Below, one piece after another: positions 1 to 22,468 of a DNA stretch of 64,000 nt. The stretch is from the human T2T-CHM13v2.0 reference genome, Homo sapiens. The DNA is taken from NCBI RefSeq assembly GCF_009914755.1, contig NC_060941.1; one strand, given 5' to 3'. Each line of letters starts with the position of its first letter. Position 1 is the first letter of the stretch. The position numbers and the translations under genes were made by a program. The notes under the pieces are model-generated. The model was not told the DNA's origin. It did not search any database and worked only from the letters and a program-made list of their open reading frames with translations.

Positions 1-759
1 AGCAAGACTCTTGTCTCCAAAAAAAAAGAAAATAATAATTTCCTGGAAGAAAATACAAAATGATGGTAACAGTTATGAGGTATGGAGCAGAATGTTTTGT
101 TTTCCTTTGTTTCACCTTTATTTCTTTTGGTGCTCTTTTAATATTCTCCTCCATGTTTATGTGTTACTTTTGTTTTTTAAAAGGTCAACAGGGACTCTGG
201 GAGACAAGATTTTGATTTTCTTCTTTATCTACATCTCTGAATTTATGAAAAGTAATGAAGTACTTTTAACAGTGGTACAAAAATAGTAGAAAATGTTTAA
301 AGATTATTTTGTTCCTTATAATTCTCTTGATTCTGTTCTTTTTTGTTTAGGAATTAAATTTTTTGTGAGAGCTCCAAAATGATGAAATTTGAAAATAAGC
401 TCTATTAAGTATACTACTAAGTAAAAAGAGCCTCTCAAGTTTTCTCCTAGACTATTTGAAGTTATTTTATCTCAGAATTTTTTTCTTCTTAATTCTGCCT
501 CGTAAGACAGAGTACTAGGAGGTACAAAGGATAGTGATTTAATGGCACTGTTTCCCTAGCACTGAATTATTTTCACTTGAAAGAAGTTGGTCACTCTTCA
601 GGAAAGTAATTTTAAAGTTATTTTTACCTTTGGTTAATTTGATTTCTTAAATAGCAGTTTTCTTGACAAATTTACAGTGTGATGACGATACATAACTGGT
701 TCAGTGAGATGAAAATCCATAATTAGCTTCTGTTGAGACTGGATGTTGATTTATTACAG

Positions 760-851
760 GATTATACACATGAATTCCATAAAACCAAAGCAAACTTTAT
801 GGCAATACGGGAAAGGGAGAATCTTATGGGATCAGTACGAAAAGATATTGA
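760..851 (+). CDS. GOSR1: GOSR1 (Golgi SNAP receptor complex member 1, GS28) internal coding exon (about exon 5), 92 nt
   Basis: ttattacag|GAT...ATTGA|gtaagt. Translates DYTHEFHKTKANFMAIRERENLMGSVRKDI(E), matching the recalled GOSR1 protein. Confidence 0.96.
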
Positions 852-1980
852 GTAAGTTACTTTTTATATTATTTTGTAGAATATTTATTCAGATTTGGCT
901 TTAGGATATGTTCACGGTTAATTGCAAATTGAGTGGCAGAACCGTGGTTGAGATTTTAGGGTTTCCAATTCCCATTTCACTGTCTTTTTAACATTGCTGC
1001 TACAATGTCATCCTAATCTACTTTTCCATTTTTATCTCATGCTTCCTCTTACTTTATCATTGGCTCCTGCCAACCTTGACTTTCCTGTCTTAATTCAAAG
1101 TCCAGCTTAGGTGGTTCTTCATGGTTCTCTGATCTCTTACCTCCCACCCTAAGAATTATAATGTTACTTTTATGATCCTCTGCAGATGTGTCAAAGAAAA
1201 AAAAATTCTTTAATTGTAACATTATCAGTAACTGAAGCTCCCTATGTTTCTCTTCCTGATTATCACCTATCCCCTGGCCCTCTCCCTTGTCCCAACAGTT
1301 ACATATTACAAACAGTAATATGTACAAACTCACTCATAGCCTTATGTTAAATTATTTAAGGACTCCCAACATTCTCATACTGATCTCAATCTATAATTTT
1401 AAATATTTGTTTTTTTCTTCTGTCCCTTCACCTCACCTTTAATGATCTATTCTAGCATTTCATAGCATTTTTGGAAATTTTTTTACAACTGAACACTACT
1501 GACAAAGTTAAGTCCCATGGGCGTCTCATTGAAGCTGAAGATGTTCCAATTTGGAGCCATCTAATGATACCTGTCATCATCTCATTTGTGATAAATTATG
1601 TGATACATTTTATAAACTATGATACACATTTATGGTAAACTGTATATTATGTGTACTCTCGAAAACACTTTCCTAGAGATCCTTTATTTTATTGTAACAG
1701 TAACAGTTTCAACAGTAAGATTGTTGTAATATTTTTAGTCCTTCAGGACATTTAAGTCTTTTGTTTAATTTCCATGTAGTCCATTTATATATATGTTTTG
1801 AGGAATGCATTGGGAACCCATATAGGGGATGGTCTTTAATGTATAGACACTGAGCCCCCCCATAATTTGTGGGAATCACTAGAATGCAACCCATTGTAAT
1901 AACTTGCTTTTTGAAAAATGGCCATAAAAGATATGTTCATCTATTCATTAAACTGTCTCCTGAGTATCAACTCTGAGTTA

Positions 1981-2303
<323 letters not shown>

Positions 2304-3312
2304 AAAGGAAAAGACCAATGTGGTCCTGTAGGAGTTTAGAATCTAGGTGCTAGAGGAAAGTATATGTAGTAGTTTACACAGTATTTTTTAATGTATTATA
2401 TTTTTTTGGCCTCATAGCAATCTTTTGGTTAAGATAGAAATGATCAGTCTCATTTTACAAAACTAGGTATTGAGACACTTGTCTGAGGTGAAGTGGCTAT
2501 GAAATGATTCAGTATAGATTTAAATCCAAGTCATCAGTCTCCTGAGTCCAATGTGTTCTTGGTTATATTATTCTGCTTTCCTTGGTGGTGGTTTCTCCTG
2601 TAGCACTGCCTTTCAGCCAGTATTTCAGTTTTAACAGCATGTTGGCTGCAGTGAGCCAACATTGTGCCACTGCATGCCAGTCTGGGTAACAAAGTAAGAC
2701 TCTGTCTCCAAAAAAAAAAAATTGTTCCTGATACTTTATTATTAGTGGAAAACAGAAAAATTAAATTTTTGATAGTAGTGATAAGAGTAATTTTTTTGTC
2801 AACTTCAATACACTGAAGACCAAAATGGTTATCCTTAAGTGTGCCAAAATGAGCAAATCTTTAGCTTGATTTCAGTGTTCCTTAGGCTTCAGTTGGTGGA
2901 CCACATATATTATTGTGAAAGAAAACATTTCATTTCAACAGCTTTCCCACCCTGTGTGCTGTGTACTAAATCAGTCCTAAGTTTTACTTCTACTTGGAGA
3001 AAAATGAAGATATCAGAGATAGGAGGTAAAGGAAAAGTAAGATTGTTTTGGTTGTTTGTTTCAGAATGTTGAGTTATTTTGGTGAAAAACAGTAAACTGT
3101 TGGGCCTAAATTAGAGATGCAGAGGCATTAATATTTATCTACCTAAAATAGATAACATTTTTCAGAGGGAAATGCAAAGGATTATGTACTTTCATTGTTC
3201 ATTCAAAACTCTGGAGAGGCTCAATTTTTCTACTTTCAAGATCACTAGGGTCAGTCAATCTGATTTTGTATTCTCTGCCAAAAATGTTTTTAAATTTTCT
3301 CTTTTGTCCCAG

Positions 3313-3387
3313 GTCATATAAAAGTGGGTCTGGAGTAAACAACAGAAGAACTGAGCTATTTTTGAAAGAACATGACCACCTTCGAAA
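3313..3387 (+). CDS. GOSR1: GOSR1 coding exon (about exon 6), 75 nt, phase 2/2
   Basis: ttttgtcccag|GTCA...CGAAA|gtaggt. Translates SYKSGSGVNNRRTELFLKEHDHLR(N), in frame with the previous exon. Confidence 0.96.
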
Positions 3388-3627
3388 GTAGGTATTGAAT
3401 GTATGTGCATTATGTGGTTTTCCACGTTTATTAATTCATTTACTTATGTAACCAACATTTTATGATGTTTATTATACTGAGTGCCTTGTCCATGCTAATT
3501 CATTTTATTCTCCTAATGACTCTTTTCAATAGAAAAGGAATTGCAACTGTTCCAACCATAATTAGGAAAGATCCTATGCTGTTGAATATTTCACATCACT
3601 TAATTGTTACCTTAATATGGTTGTTAT

Positions 3628-3930
3628 TTTTTTTTTTTTTTCTCTGAGATGGAGTCTCGCTCCGTCACCCAGGCTGGAGTGCAGTGACTCAATCTCAGCT
3701 CACTGCAGCCGCTTGCCTCCCGGGTTCAAGCGATTCTCCTGCCTCAGCCTCCCAAGTAGCTGGGACTACAGGCGTGTGCCACCATGCCTGGCTAATTTTT
3801 TTGTATTTTTGGTAAAGATGGAGTTTCGCCATGTAGCCAGGATGGTCTCCATCTCCTGACCTCGTGATCCACCCACCTTGGCCTCCCAAATTGCTGGGAT
3901 TACAGGCGTGAGCCACCACCGCACCCGGCC
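3628..3930 (-). mobile_element. Alu
   Basis: Full antisense dimer. Confidence 0.95.
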
Positions 3931-4826
3931 AGTGCATGTGCTAATTCTCTACAGAGAGAGACTGAGACAGGATGAAACTGAATGGAATAAGAGCTCCTGA
4001 TGAATTAGATGAGTCGTAGAGACTGAAAAGATGGGCTTCGTCATTGCCCTCAGTATGATAACACAAGCTTCTAAATACTTCTCTTAAATCAATTTTTTTT
4101 TGTAATTACAAATACTTGCTAGGTAATAAAATAACATTAAAATTATCAGTAAAATATGTTTACAAAATAATGTGAAAAACTTTAGTTTTTCAGTGTTTTT
4201 GTATTTCATTTGCCAAGTGCTTTGAGGAAGAAGTGGCAAGATTTTTTTGAAATAACTTTAAATAACAAAAGCTAAATGCCTTTCATAGTGCTCATTTTAG
4301 AAAGTATGGATAGTTCAACAACACAAAAAGAAAATTGAAATGACACATTACTACAAATTCTGTAATATTTTTTACTCTTCAGTAGATTGCAAGCTTTTTC
4401 CCATATAATTTGATTTTTTGTTTTTTTAAAATAAATGGTGCATATATTCCATAATAAAGATAAACCATAAATTATGTAACCATTTCCCTAATGTTGGCCT
4501 TTTGGGTTATGTTCTGTTTTTACTATTATACACAGTAAAGCCTTTGTGTGTATCCGTCATGATTTCCTCATTCTAAATTCCTAAATCAGAATTGCAGGAT
4601 TAAAGAACACACTCATTTGCAAAGTTTTTCTATAATATTGGCAAATTTCCAAGTTTGATATTTTGCAGTAGGGTCGGACCTTTTATGGCTAGAACTATGT
4701 TTAAGCTTTTGCTTCTTCATAAATATTGTTTTTTAATGTTAATGTAATTTTTTACTTGCTCCAAAAGCACATATTTTTGCCTGGAAAAAGAGTAAATCAG
4801 TTTTTGTAAATGAATGCCATACTTAA

Positions 4827-4851
4827 ACACACACACACACACACACACACA
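4827..4851. repeat. (AC)n microsatellite, about 12 units
   Basis: Direct reading of the sequence. Confidence 0.95.
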
Positions 4852-5244
4852 ACTTTGTAATGAATTGTTTTTACCAGCTCTCCTTAATACTCTTTTTATA
4901 TAAAAATAAATGCTGTTAGGTTTTAGCAATTTATGTTATGGATGACAAATTTCTTTTGCTATATGGTGGATAAAGTAACTTTCGTTTTTGGCTTCTCTTT
5001 CCCTGAGTCTGTCAGTCAGAAGAAAATACTGACTTTGAATTAGTGTCAAGCTTGTAACTACTTGTTTTTTGCTGGACTGTTGATACATTCTCATAGGGTT
5101 TTTAGTTGCTATTTAGATAATTTCTCTTTCTTTATGTAATTGTTCTTTTTCACTACTCCCTGATATTTTTCTTCTTGAAAAAGTATCTAGTTAATTTTGT
5201 ATAGTTCTTCTCCCCACCCCAAGAATTTCTGCCTTTATAATCTT

Positions 5245-5885
<641 letters not shown>

Positions 5886-7994
5886 TTAAGGAGTAGAGAC
5901 AGACAGACTATATTACCTCAAACATTGAAATGCCATAATTTATCCAGAATCATACATTCATTACTTGACCAGGCATATGATGCTTTTTCTCTAGAAGCAT
6001 TTTGTCATTTTGAATAAAATACGTCTTCTGTATTTACCTTAATGAAGTTGACAACTTTCAGAGGTTTTCAGTGGTGAAGATAAACTTGAATAAGGAGATA
6101 ACTTACACAAGCAGAAAAAGCCTCATCTCTTCTGGATTCCTTTAATGCCAGTGGTCATCACCAGGTGTAGATCAGTCACCTTTTACCCAGGCTGGGACCA
6201 CCACCTTCTCATCTACAGGTGTGTCACCTTAGCAATCTTCTGCATCTCACTGTCAGCCAACACATTTTCTCCTTCCAAGCCTCTGCAGTCTCATGAGTTT
6301 GTCTGTATTTTTCTTCTTATAACCTACCTTGCTACCTTAGCCAGCCTGGATCTCATAGGAGATTAACTGAAATACTCCCAACATTGGGCCTTTCCTGTGC
6401 CCCTGTCTTCCTGCTGTACCCTGGCAAAATGCCAGCCCAATCCAGTCTGTTGTTCTACTTCTGTATGAGAGGGCTAAAGAAAAAGCAACTAGTCATACAG
6501 ATTAACTCTGTTTTAAATTAACTATTAAATATTTTCAACCTCATCTGAGTACTCTGCCTTGCCTGATGCCTTTTGCTTGCCTAGCCCTGTTTAGTTCTCA
6601 TTCTCTTCAAGAACTTTACCAAATCTTCTCCTTCCCCCTCTTGACCTTCCTGTCTCTTCACCTGATACAGAGGTTCTTAGCTTCCACTTCATTGAGATTT
6701 TTAAGGTTTTGATCTTTTCTATAAATTGACCTATAGGAGTATCCCTCTTTACCCCTTTCCTATAGTTGTTAAGGGATGGAATATTTGTCCTGAGAAGGCC
6801 AATACGTGCATTGGACACTTGTCTCTATCCCCATTTGCTGTGTAAGTATTTGACTCTTCAGCCATCCGGTACACTGTCTCTGGTTTACACCTGCTGTCTC
6901 TGTGTCAGCACTCATTCCCGCTTTAGCCCATTGACTTCTTCCCTCACAACACTACTGAACTTGCTGTCAATAGGCACATCAGTGATCTCCTGCATGCCAA
7001 GTCTCATGGACATTTTTCTTCATGTTGTTTGGCTGCTGCTCTGCCTGACTTGATATCATAGTCTCCTTTCCTTGAAACCCTAGGCTACTGTGGCACTACA
7101 CTTTACTGATTCTCCACATACCTTTCTTACTTCTCTTTTGTTTTTTTCCTGAGTCCCTCCAGATGTGGCCTAGGAATCCTTTTAAACACAGTGTTCCAGG
7201 CAGAAATTAGTTGGAGTTAGTTCACAAGATGCAATTTATTTGCCATCCACCCTTGCATTTCAGCTCCATTATTTGTCCTTGACATGCTTGTCTATAAAAA
7301 CACTTTCTCCTTCCCAGAGATGGCAGCTAACAATACCTAGCAAAGAGAAATGGGAATTTCATTCACAATGTCATAGGGAAAGCAATTGGTAAAATTATTT
7401 TACTGCCAAGGATAATAAGATTAGAGAGTTGAAGAAAGAGGCATGAATTCTGAAATTGTATAGAACCATCTAAAAGGTAAAGCTGAGGAGTTTTATCCAT
7501 ACTTAACAGGCTGTGACTGTTTTCATAGAAGTACTCTCTGATTTATGGGCATGTCATTGATTACAACTAGAATTGCAGATTGTGCACATTAAACACATCA
7601 GCTTAAAAATCCTTGACATTTTAAAAATACCTTTGGCAGAGTTTTAGAGTAGTCATGATATTTAAAATATTATCCTAATTTGTTGGTTTCCTAGAGTATA
7701 TTTTCATTTAATCATATGTATGATAAGAACATACAGACTTCTTGCTGGGGGCATTGGCTCATGCCTGTAAAGCCTGTAATCTCCGCTACTCAGGAGGCTG
7801 AGTTGGGAGGATTGCTTGAGGCCAAGACTTTGAGATTGGTCTGGGCAACATAGCAAGACTCTGTCTCTGAAATAATAATAATAATAAAAATACTAAGTAT
7901 ATTTCTTGGTTTCTAGGGTTAATTTTTTTTCATCTTCCTCTCATTAATTTACCACTTTTATCTGACTAAGATACCTTAAGTTTCTTTATTCCTT

Positions 7995-8225
7995 GGATTG
8001 GTAGTATAGTGAAATGATTAGGGCAGGGCTTTGAAGCCAGAGAGTCCTGGGTTCAAATCCTGGTGTGGACTCTATCTTTTTGGGGTAAGAACCTTTAAAT
8101 TCTCTGACTTTCCAGTGTCTTTTAAATGGGTGAAATAACCCTTACTTTATGGAATGTTGCAAAGATGAGAGAGGATGTATGTAAAATGTTAACCTATTAC
8201 AGAGCTTGATATGGAGTAGACGAAT
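7995..8225 (+). mobile_element. MIR
   Basis: MIR core: ggctttgaagccagagagtcctgggttcaaatcctgg...taaatggg. Confidence 0.7.
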
Positions 8226-8411
8226 TCTAAAATTACATTGAGCCATTTTGCCTATAGTGGTGTTAGAATAGAAAAGTATACTCATACATTAGAATTGTGC
8301 ACCTAGAGCTAAGTGATTCCAGCCCTGTGGAACCCGTCAATGCCAGAATGGCATGTAGGACTAGATAGATGAATGTCACCTGACCCTGATTGTCTATTAA
8401 AACTCAATGTA

Positions 8412-8716
<305 letters not shown>

Positions 8717-8889
8717 TTATTTTTAAATTACTCTTATTAGTCATTAGTCTTATTATATATCAGTATAATGAACATTTTATTTATTCAAATCCTTTTTTTT
8801 TTTAGATGGAGATAATAAAATTTCAGTTGCATTCCACCTGTTTCTTCATGTGCATATCCGGATGCACATATAATTTGTTGGTACCAGTT

Positions 8890-9225
8890 TTGGTTGTTTT
8901 AACGAGCATTTGTTGAGCATCTATGATGTGGAAAGTATTGTGCTGGGTGCTGGAGATAGAGAAGTTGAGTAAAGCATAGTGGCATCATCCCTGTCCTCAG
9001 TGAGCTCAGCCAGGTGGGGTGGGGAGCAGAAAAGAAATGTGAATCGGTAGTTCCAGTGCAAAGTAATAAGTGCTTTATTATGATATGCAAAGGTTTGTGC
9101 GTACCCTAGAGGAGCACATGAAAGGGAGTCATTACTCTGCTGAAGCTTCTGAAAGGGCTTTAGAGAAGTCGAACATCTGATCTGGTTCTTGAGGAATGAG
9201 TAGGTGTTCTCCAAGTAGAGATAGA
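8890..9225. mobile_element. L2 3' fragment
   Basis: catttgttgagcatctatgatgtg...tgtgctgggtgctggagata, typical of the L2 end. Confidence 0.65.
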
Positions 9226-9479
9226 AAAAGATTGAAAAGTTGAAACTCAGACCTCATGACCATGCCTTTGTCTTCTCTTCTTAAATCCGTATCATTCCTC
9301 ATACATTATTAAATGGATCTATTTTGAAACGTCACGCATTTACTCATAGTCCAAACCCTCTCCCAGGTTATAGGCCTCACTCTGGCACCTGAAGAGGACA
9401 CACTGGGCAAAAGAAAGTGAGCAGTGGGGGGGCTCTGAGTGTCACCGGGGTCAGCCGAGGCTGCCATTCTTTTTCCTCA

Positions 9480-13145
<3,666 letters not shown>

Positions 13146-14609
13146 AAAAGTGATTTTCTAGGATCTCACTGCTAATGACTCAGCTTTTATTTTTTTATTT
13201 TCTCCTTGAACTGAGCAGGAATCTGTCAGGTGCTTCACTTTCTGTCTCCCGGTAACTTGCTGTGATTATGAAAATGTTTGTGCTAAACAACCCATGAACA
13301 AAGCAAATAAAGATATTCCTTCATCTACCCAGACTGAAAGGAATTATGCCACCATATCAGTGTTAATGGAAGAGAGGTTACAGCTGGTTTCCACTTTCAT
13401 CTTTGTTTTCCTGTATTTTCCAAATGTGCTCTGTAAAATAAAAAGCTCTTAGCACTAAAACAGTATATATGTATTCTACTGCAGCTTAATTGTATTCAGT
13501 TAACATAATTGAAGAGATTAAATAAGAAATGTAGAAATAAGTAAGACGTAGATCTTAAGGATCTCTCTGGTTAACTGTAAGTGAAAGACTATCTCACCAC
13601 AATGCTTAATGTAAATGGTCTGATTGGTTAGTGACAACCTCATCAATTATTGCAGCATGCAAAGGGATTGATTTTTAAATTTTTATTTATTATTCATTAT
13701 TTAGTATGTACTTGCTTGTTTGCTTTCTTATTTAGTTGCTTATTTATTTGCTTATTACTTTCCTACCATTTTAAAAGAGGAAGAAGATACTATCTAAGTG
13801 ATTTTGCCAAGTTCTTACATTTTGTTGGTTTATATTGCTTTAAAATACATGCTTGAAATCACATGTTTGCTCTTGAAATGTGTGCCTTTTGTAGTGTGTG
13901 TGTTGGGGGAAATAAGTTATTTTTTAAAAAGAGAATTATTTAAATATGGCTTTAGTGATTCCTCAGCACGATAACTGGTGATGAAATGTAGCTTATTGTT
14001 TTCAGCTAGTTTAAATTGGTCTTGAGACAAATGGAAATTTGTTTCTTAATTACAGGCTCTAGATGACTTTATAGAACATCTCTGGGCTATTATCAAGTAC
14101 TTGCTTAAGAAGGACAATTCCACTTGAATTATATATTTTATACCCCAAAGGAAAATAAGTTTAAATTTAATTTTAACCAGATGATGCCATCTGCATGGAG
14201 TCACTCTGTTGTCGTGTCCACACGTCCAGGATATGTTTAATGAATGGTGTTTGTTTACTTTATTTGGTCTTAGCCAAATGAGTAAAGACCTGGAGACTGG
14301 GCAATTTGAGAAGACATTTAGGAATCCCTGGCTTTTCTCTGTTGATGCCACCATATAAGCTAAGGATGACAGTGGGTAGGGAATGTGTGTGGAATTCCTG
14401 TGTGATTCACTGTAACTGTGGTGTGCTAAATGCATGGTTAAGCTAGTGTCAGCATCGTCTTCCTGTAAGTTAAAGATCCCTTCTGTGAGCAGGACTCCTG
14501 CGTACTCATGTATATTTTGAAATATGCTTTACAGGATATTTTAGGACTTAATAAAAGATGACTGATGTGTAAGGGGACTTAAAAGGAAGAAAAACCCCTT
14601 CTTCTGTAG

Positions 14610-14964
<355 letters not shown>

Positions 14965-16075
14965 GTTGGTTTCATTTTCAAGTGAATCCAGCAAACACTC
15001 TTTTCTTTGACTTGTAGTTCCAGTATTGCTGTAAAATTACTGTAATTTGAGGATAGTTGTCAATCTCAAATATATAAAATGACCAATTTCAGTGACCATT
15101 TATCCTTTTACGAAAACCTATTCTATGAAAATCCAATTTTGTGCAAAAAGTGGGAAATAAGTGGGGGGCGTAAGTGTTTGCTTTATGAGACTTTATTTGA
15201 TTCATGTAAATAGAAAATGGTTTCATTACATGTAAAATGTGATTTAAATTGGTCAAAATGTCATTTTCGGAAAGTATACCTAAGATGTATGTACTCATTA
15301 CGTAATGAGTACTAAAATTGGGTCTCATTACACAGAACAAGGATTCTATCTGTGTGCCACAAACAACTTCAAAGAATTTTCTTTATATGTAATGACACAG
15401 AAAGTTGTTCCTTAGCGTCCATTTCAACTCCAGTTCCTCAGGAACATTGAATACAAATTATAATGAGTTTATTTTCCAACTAAAGTGTAGTAGTTAGGCT
15501 AGTTTATTAGCTAGTTTAGTTCTGACCTCTATGGTTGAGAACAGATACAAGAGAATTATAGAAAGCAGATAGTGGAAATGATAAAGTGTACCTGGCTGGC
15601 TTTCTGACGATTTGTGTGAAGTGCTTGGCTTTGTAATTTTATATTTCTTTCTAGGCTGATACATTGAGTTTATTTAGTTAGAAGTGTATTTCCACAGACT
15701 GATTATCTGTTTTTTTAAATGCTTCTTCACAGTTGTATACCACTTAAGGTATGTAGCTTTGTAGCCAATCTAAATTGGAATTGGGTTTTTGTTATTGTCG
15801 TTTGGTACATTGGTCACTTTATAAATGTTTAACTTTTTGTTTTGAGTTAATTATAGATTTGCATGCAGTTTTAAGAAATAATAGAGAGAGGCCGGGTGTG
15901 GTGGCTTATGCCTGTGATTCCAGTTACTTGGGAGGCTGAGGCAGGAGGATTGCTTGAAGCCCAGAGTTCAAAGATGTAGTGAGCTGTGATGGTGCCACAG
16001 CACTCCAGCCTGGGTGACAGTGAGACCCCAGCTCTACAAAGAAAAAAAATAATAATACAAAGAAATCTCATGTAC

Positions 16076-18680
<2,605 letters not shown>

Positions 18681-19616
18681 CAAGGCCCCAGTTTTTCCTA
18701 AGTGAAGAGAATTTTAGAATCAATCTCATAGATTTGTTGGGAGGATGAAGTTATGTTTTAACTTGTTTAGTAAGACATTTAGGATAGGACGTGGCTCATA
18801 GTAAGCTCTCTGTGAGTATTAGCTATCATTATTCTTAACAAAATTAGTAAATTAATAGATTGTTTGCTCTTTTTTACTTTATTTAGTAGTTTATTTCATT
18901 TATTTTATCTTCATTAAGGCTGTTGGCACAAAACTAGTTTGTTGATTTGGGCAATATAAATCTTTATGTTCATATTATACTTCCTAGATTTTGGAATATC
19001 TTATGTTTATGCTCTTTAATGTGCTAAGTGGCCCTGATGAAGACAGTCAGCCAAACCATTATATTGAAGAAGGAGGTATTAACCCAAGTTAACCCCCTTT
19101 TTTGTGACCTTGTGGCCACTTCACCAGATGCCTTTTGGCATGTGTCTTGTCTATCTCCATTGTAAGATCTTGGCAGGTTAGTGCCATATCTTTGTAGCCA
19201 CTTTCTGACCCAGTGCCCTTCAGGGGTGCTTCTATACATGTTTGTTAGAAGAGTAAGTGCATAGTTAATAATCATAGATTTCATCAGAATAGTGAGTTTA
19301 TCTGGAAATTTATATCAATTTTCTGCTTAGATTTACAATGTGTAGTTATTGAGAAACTAATAGCAAAAAATACTTGACACTTACTGTGTGCCAGGTACTG
19401 ATCCAATCACTATACAAACCCCTTTATTTGAACAAGTAGGTTTTATTATCCTTGCTAGTCTACAGATGAGAAAACTGGGGCATGGAGAAACTTGCCCTGT
19501 GTCAAATAACTAATAAGTGGTAGATTCAGCATTTAAATAGCCACAGTCTGTCTTTCACTACCGTCTTTGTAATTTTTGAAATTTTTAATAACAGGATTTA
19601 TATATGGTATTTATGA

Positions 19617-20096
<480 letters not shown>

Positions 20097-20696
20097 TAGA
20101 TTACCTAGTCCACTAATTTATAATGAAACCTTGACTTCGTAGCATGAACTTAGAAATTCTTTTGGAAATAAGTAGTTGGAAAAATACATGCAGATATTTA
20201 TTTGAGTGCCTACTGTGTACTTTATGCCAAGTGGATACAGATGTCTAGAAGTTTGTTTTCCTACTTCTGCTGTAAAGATGGCCCTTTTCCAAACTTTACC
20301 TATTCATTTCTCCCTAAAATGGCTTTGTTTGTTTCTTTCTTTCCAGTGTGTGCTGCATAAAGGCAGACAATTTACAGATAAAAGGTGTATTTGGTTTCTT
20401 AAGATTCTTGAATTCTAAAGTTTAGTAAGCTGAAATTTTAGTTAAAAAAAAGCCTGTTTCCCAAAAAAGAAATAAACATTAAGATGTAAATATTTACTAC
20501 TTATAGACATCAGAATTATATTTGCCTATCCTGTCTCAACAAGTTGGTTCTGATTCTTAAGTTCTGAATAGATGATAGTGACAACTTTGAGCTATTTAAA
20601 GAGAAAGTTCATTTCTTTATGCTGTCATTAAAACTGTTCTGACTCTAATTGTCAGGTATCTCTGTGGAAAAAATAGATTTAAGCTAACGAAAGTGA

Positions 20697-21364
<668 letters not shown>

Positions 21365-21516
21365 TTAGAGTCCAGAATTTTCTCCAGATGCTTTGAAAAA
21401 GCTAGACATTCTGTATACATAAATGACTAAAAAGTTTATAGATGTAGAAAAATTAATACAGGTTTTACATGTGCATTTAGTAAATTCAGAATTTGAATTT
21501 TTCTTTTTATTTGCAG

Positions 21517-21546
21517 CTCAGATCGTCTGATAGAAGAGACAATAAG
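21517..21546 (+). CDS. GOSR1: GOSR1 30-nt micro-exon (about exon 7), phase 2/2
   Basis: ttctttttatttgcag|CTCAGAT...ATAAG|gtagga. Translates SDRLIEETI(S) and bridges the flanking exons in frame. Confidence 0.94.
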
Positions 21547-22137
21547 GTAGGAATAAGTTTTTGTTTTGCTTTGTTGGTTTTTGTTTGTTTGCACGTAAAT
21601 TTAATGAACAGTGTTACAGCTGTTTTAGAATTAAAGAAAAAACATTTTAATGAACAGATCAAAGTTCGTTTATCCTCCTTAAAGATGAAATTTTTACTAT
21701 GTCCTTTCCTTACAAGAGACGTTTGACACCCAAAGTAACATTTCCATAGTTACTTTAATTAAGCTGTTTTACTTAGGTTAATTTTTCCAATTAATTTATA
21801 CTTAATATTTTCAATCTCAGTCTTTTTATTCCCACTTTTTAAAGCAAAGTGATTTAAAGCATAATTTGATAAATAACTTTATGCCATTCATATAGACTTT
21901 GCTGTTATAGCACCTGCAGAAAATCTACTGCAGTAATAGTTCATAGTATCTGTAATAACATTGAACTAGTTTCTTGCTTAAGTTAAGGGACATTTATTTC
22001 TTGTTTTGAACTGCTTAGCTTTCTAGGTTTGATGAATTTTAAAGTATCTATTTTATGACAGTAAAAAAGTACATTAACTAGGTCTCTGTGCTCTAGAATT
22101 CACCAATGTGTAAAGCATTGGTTTTCAGGAAAGGTAA

Positions 22138-22468
<331 letters not shown>

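Noticed and set aside
13950-14560. Possible intronic snoRNA or miRNA
   Set aside because: I could not identify a properly spaced C/D or H/ACA architecture or a long hairpin by eye. An Infernal/Rfam search would be needed.
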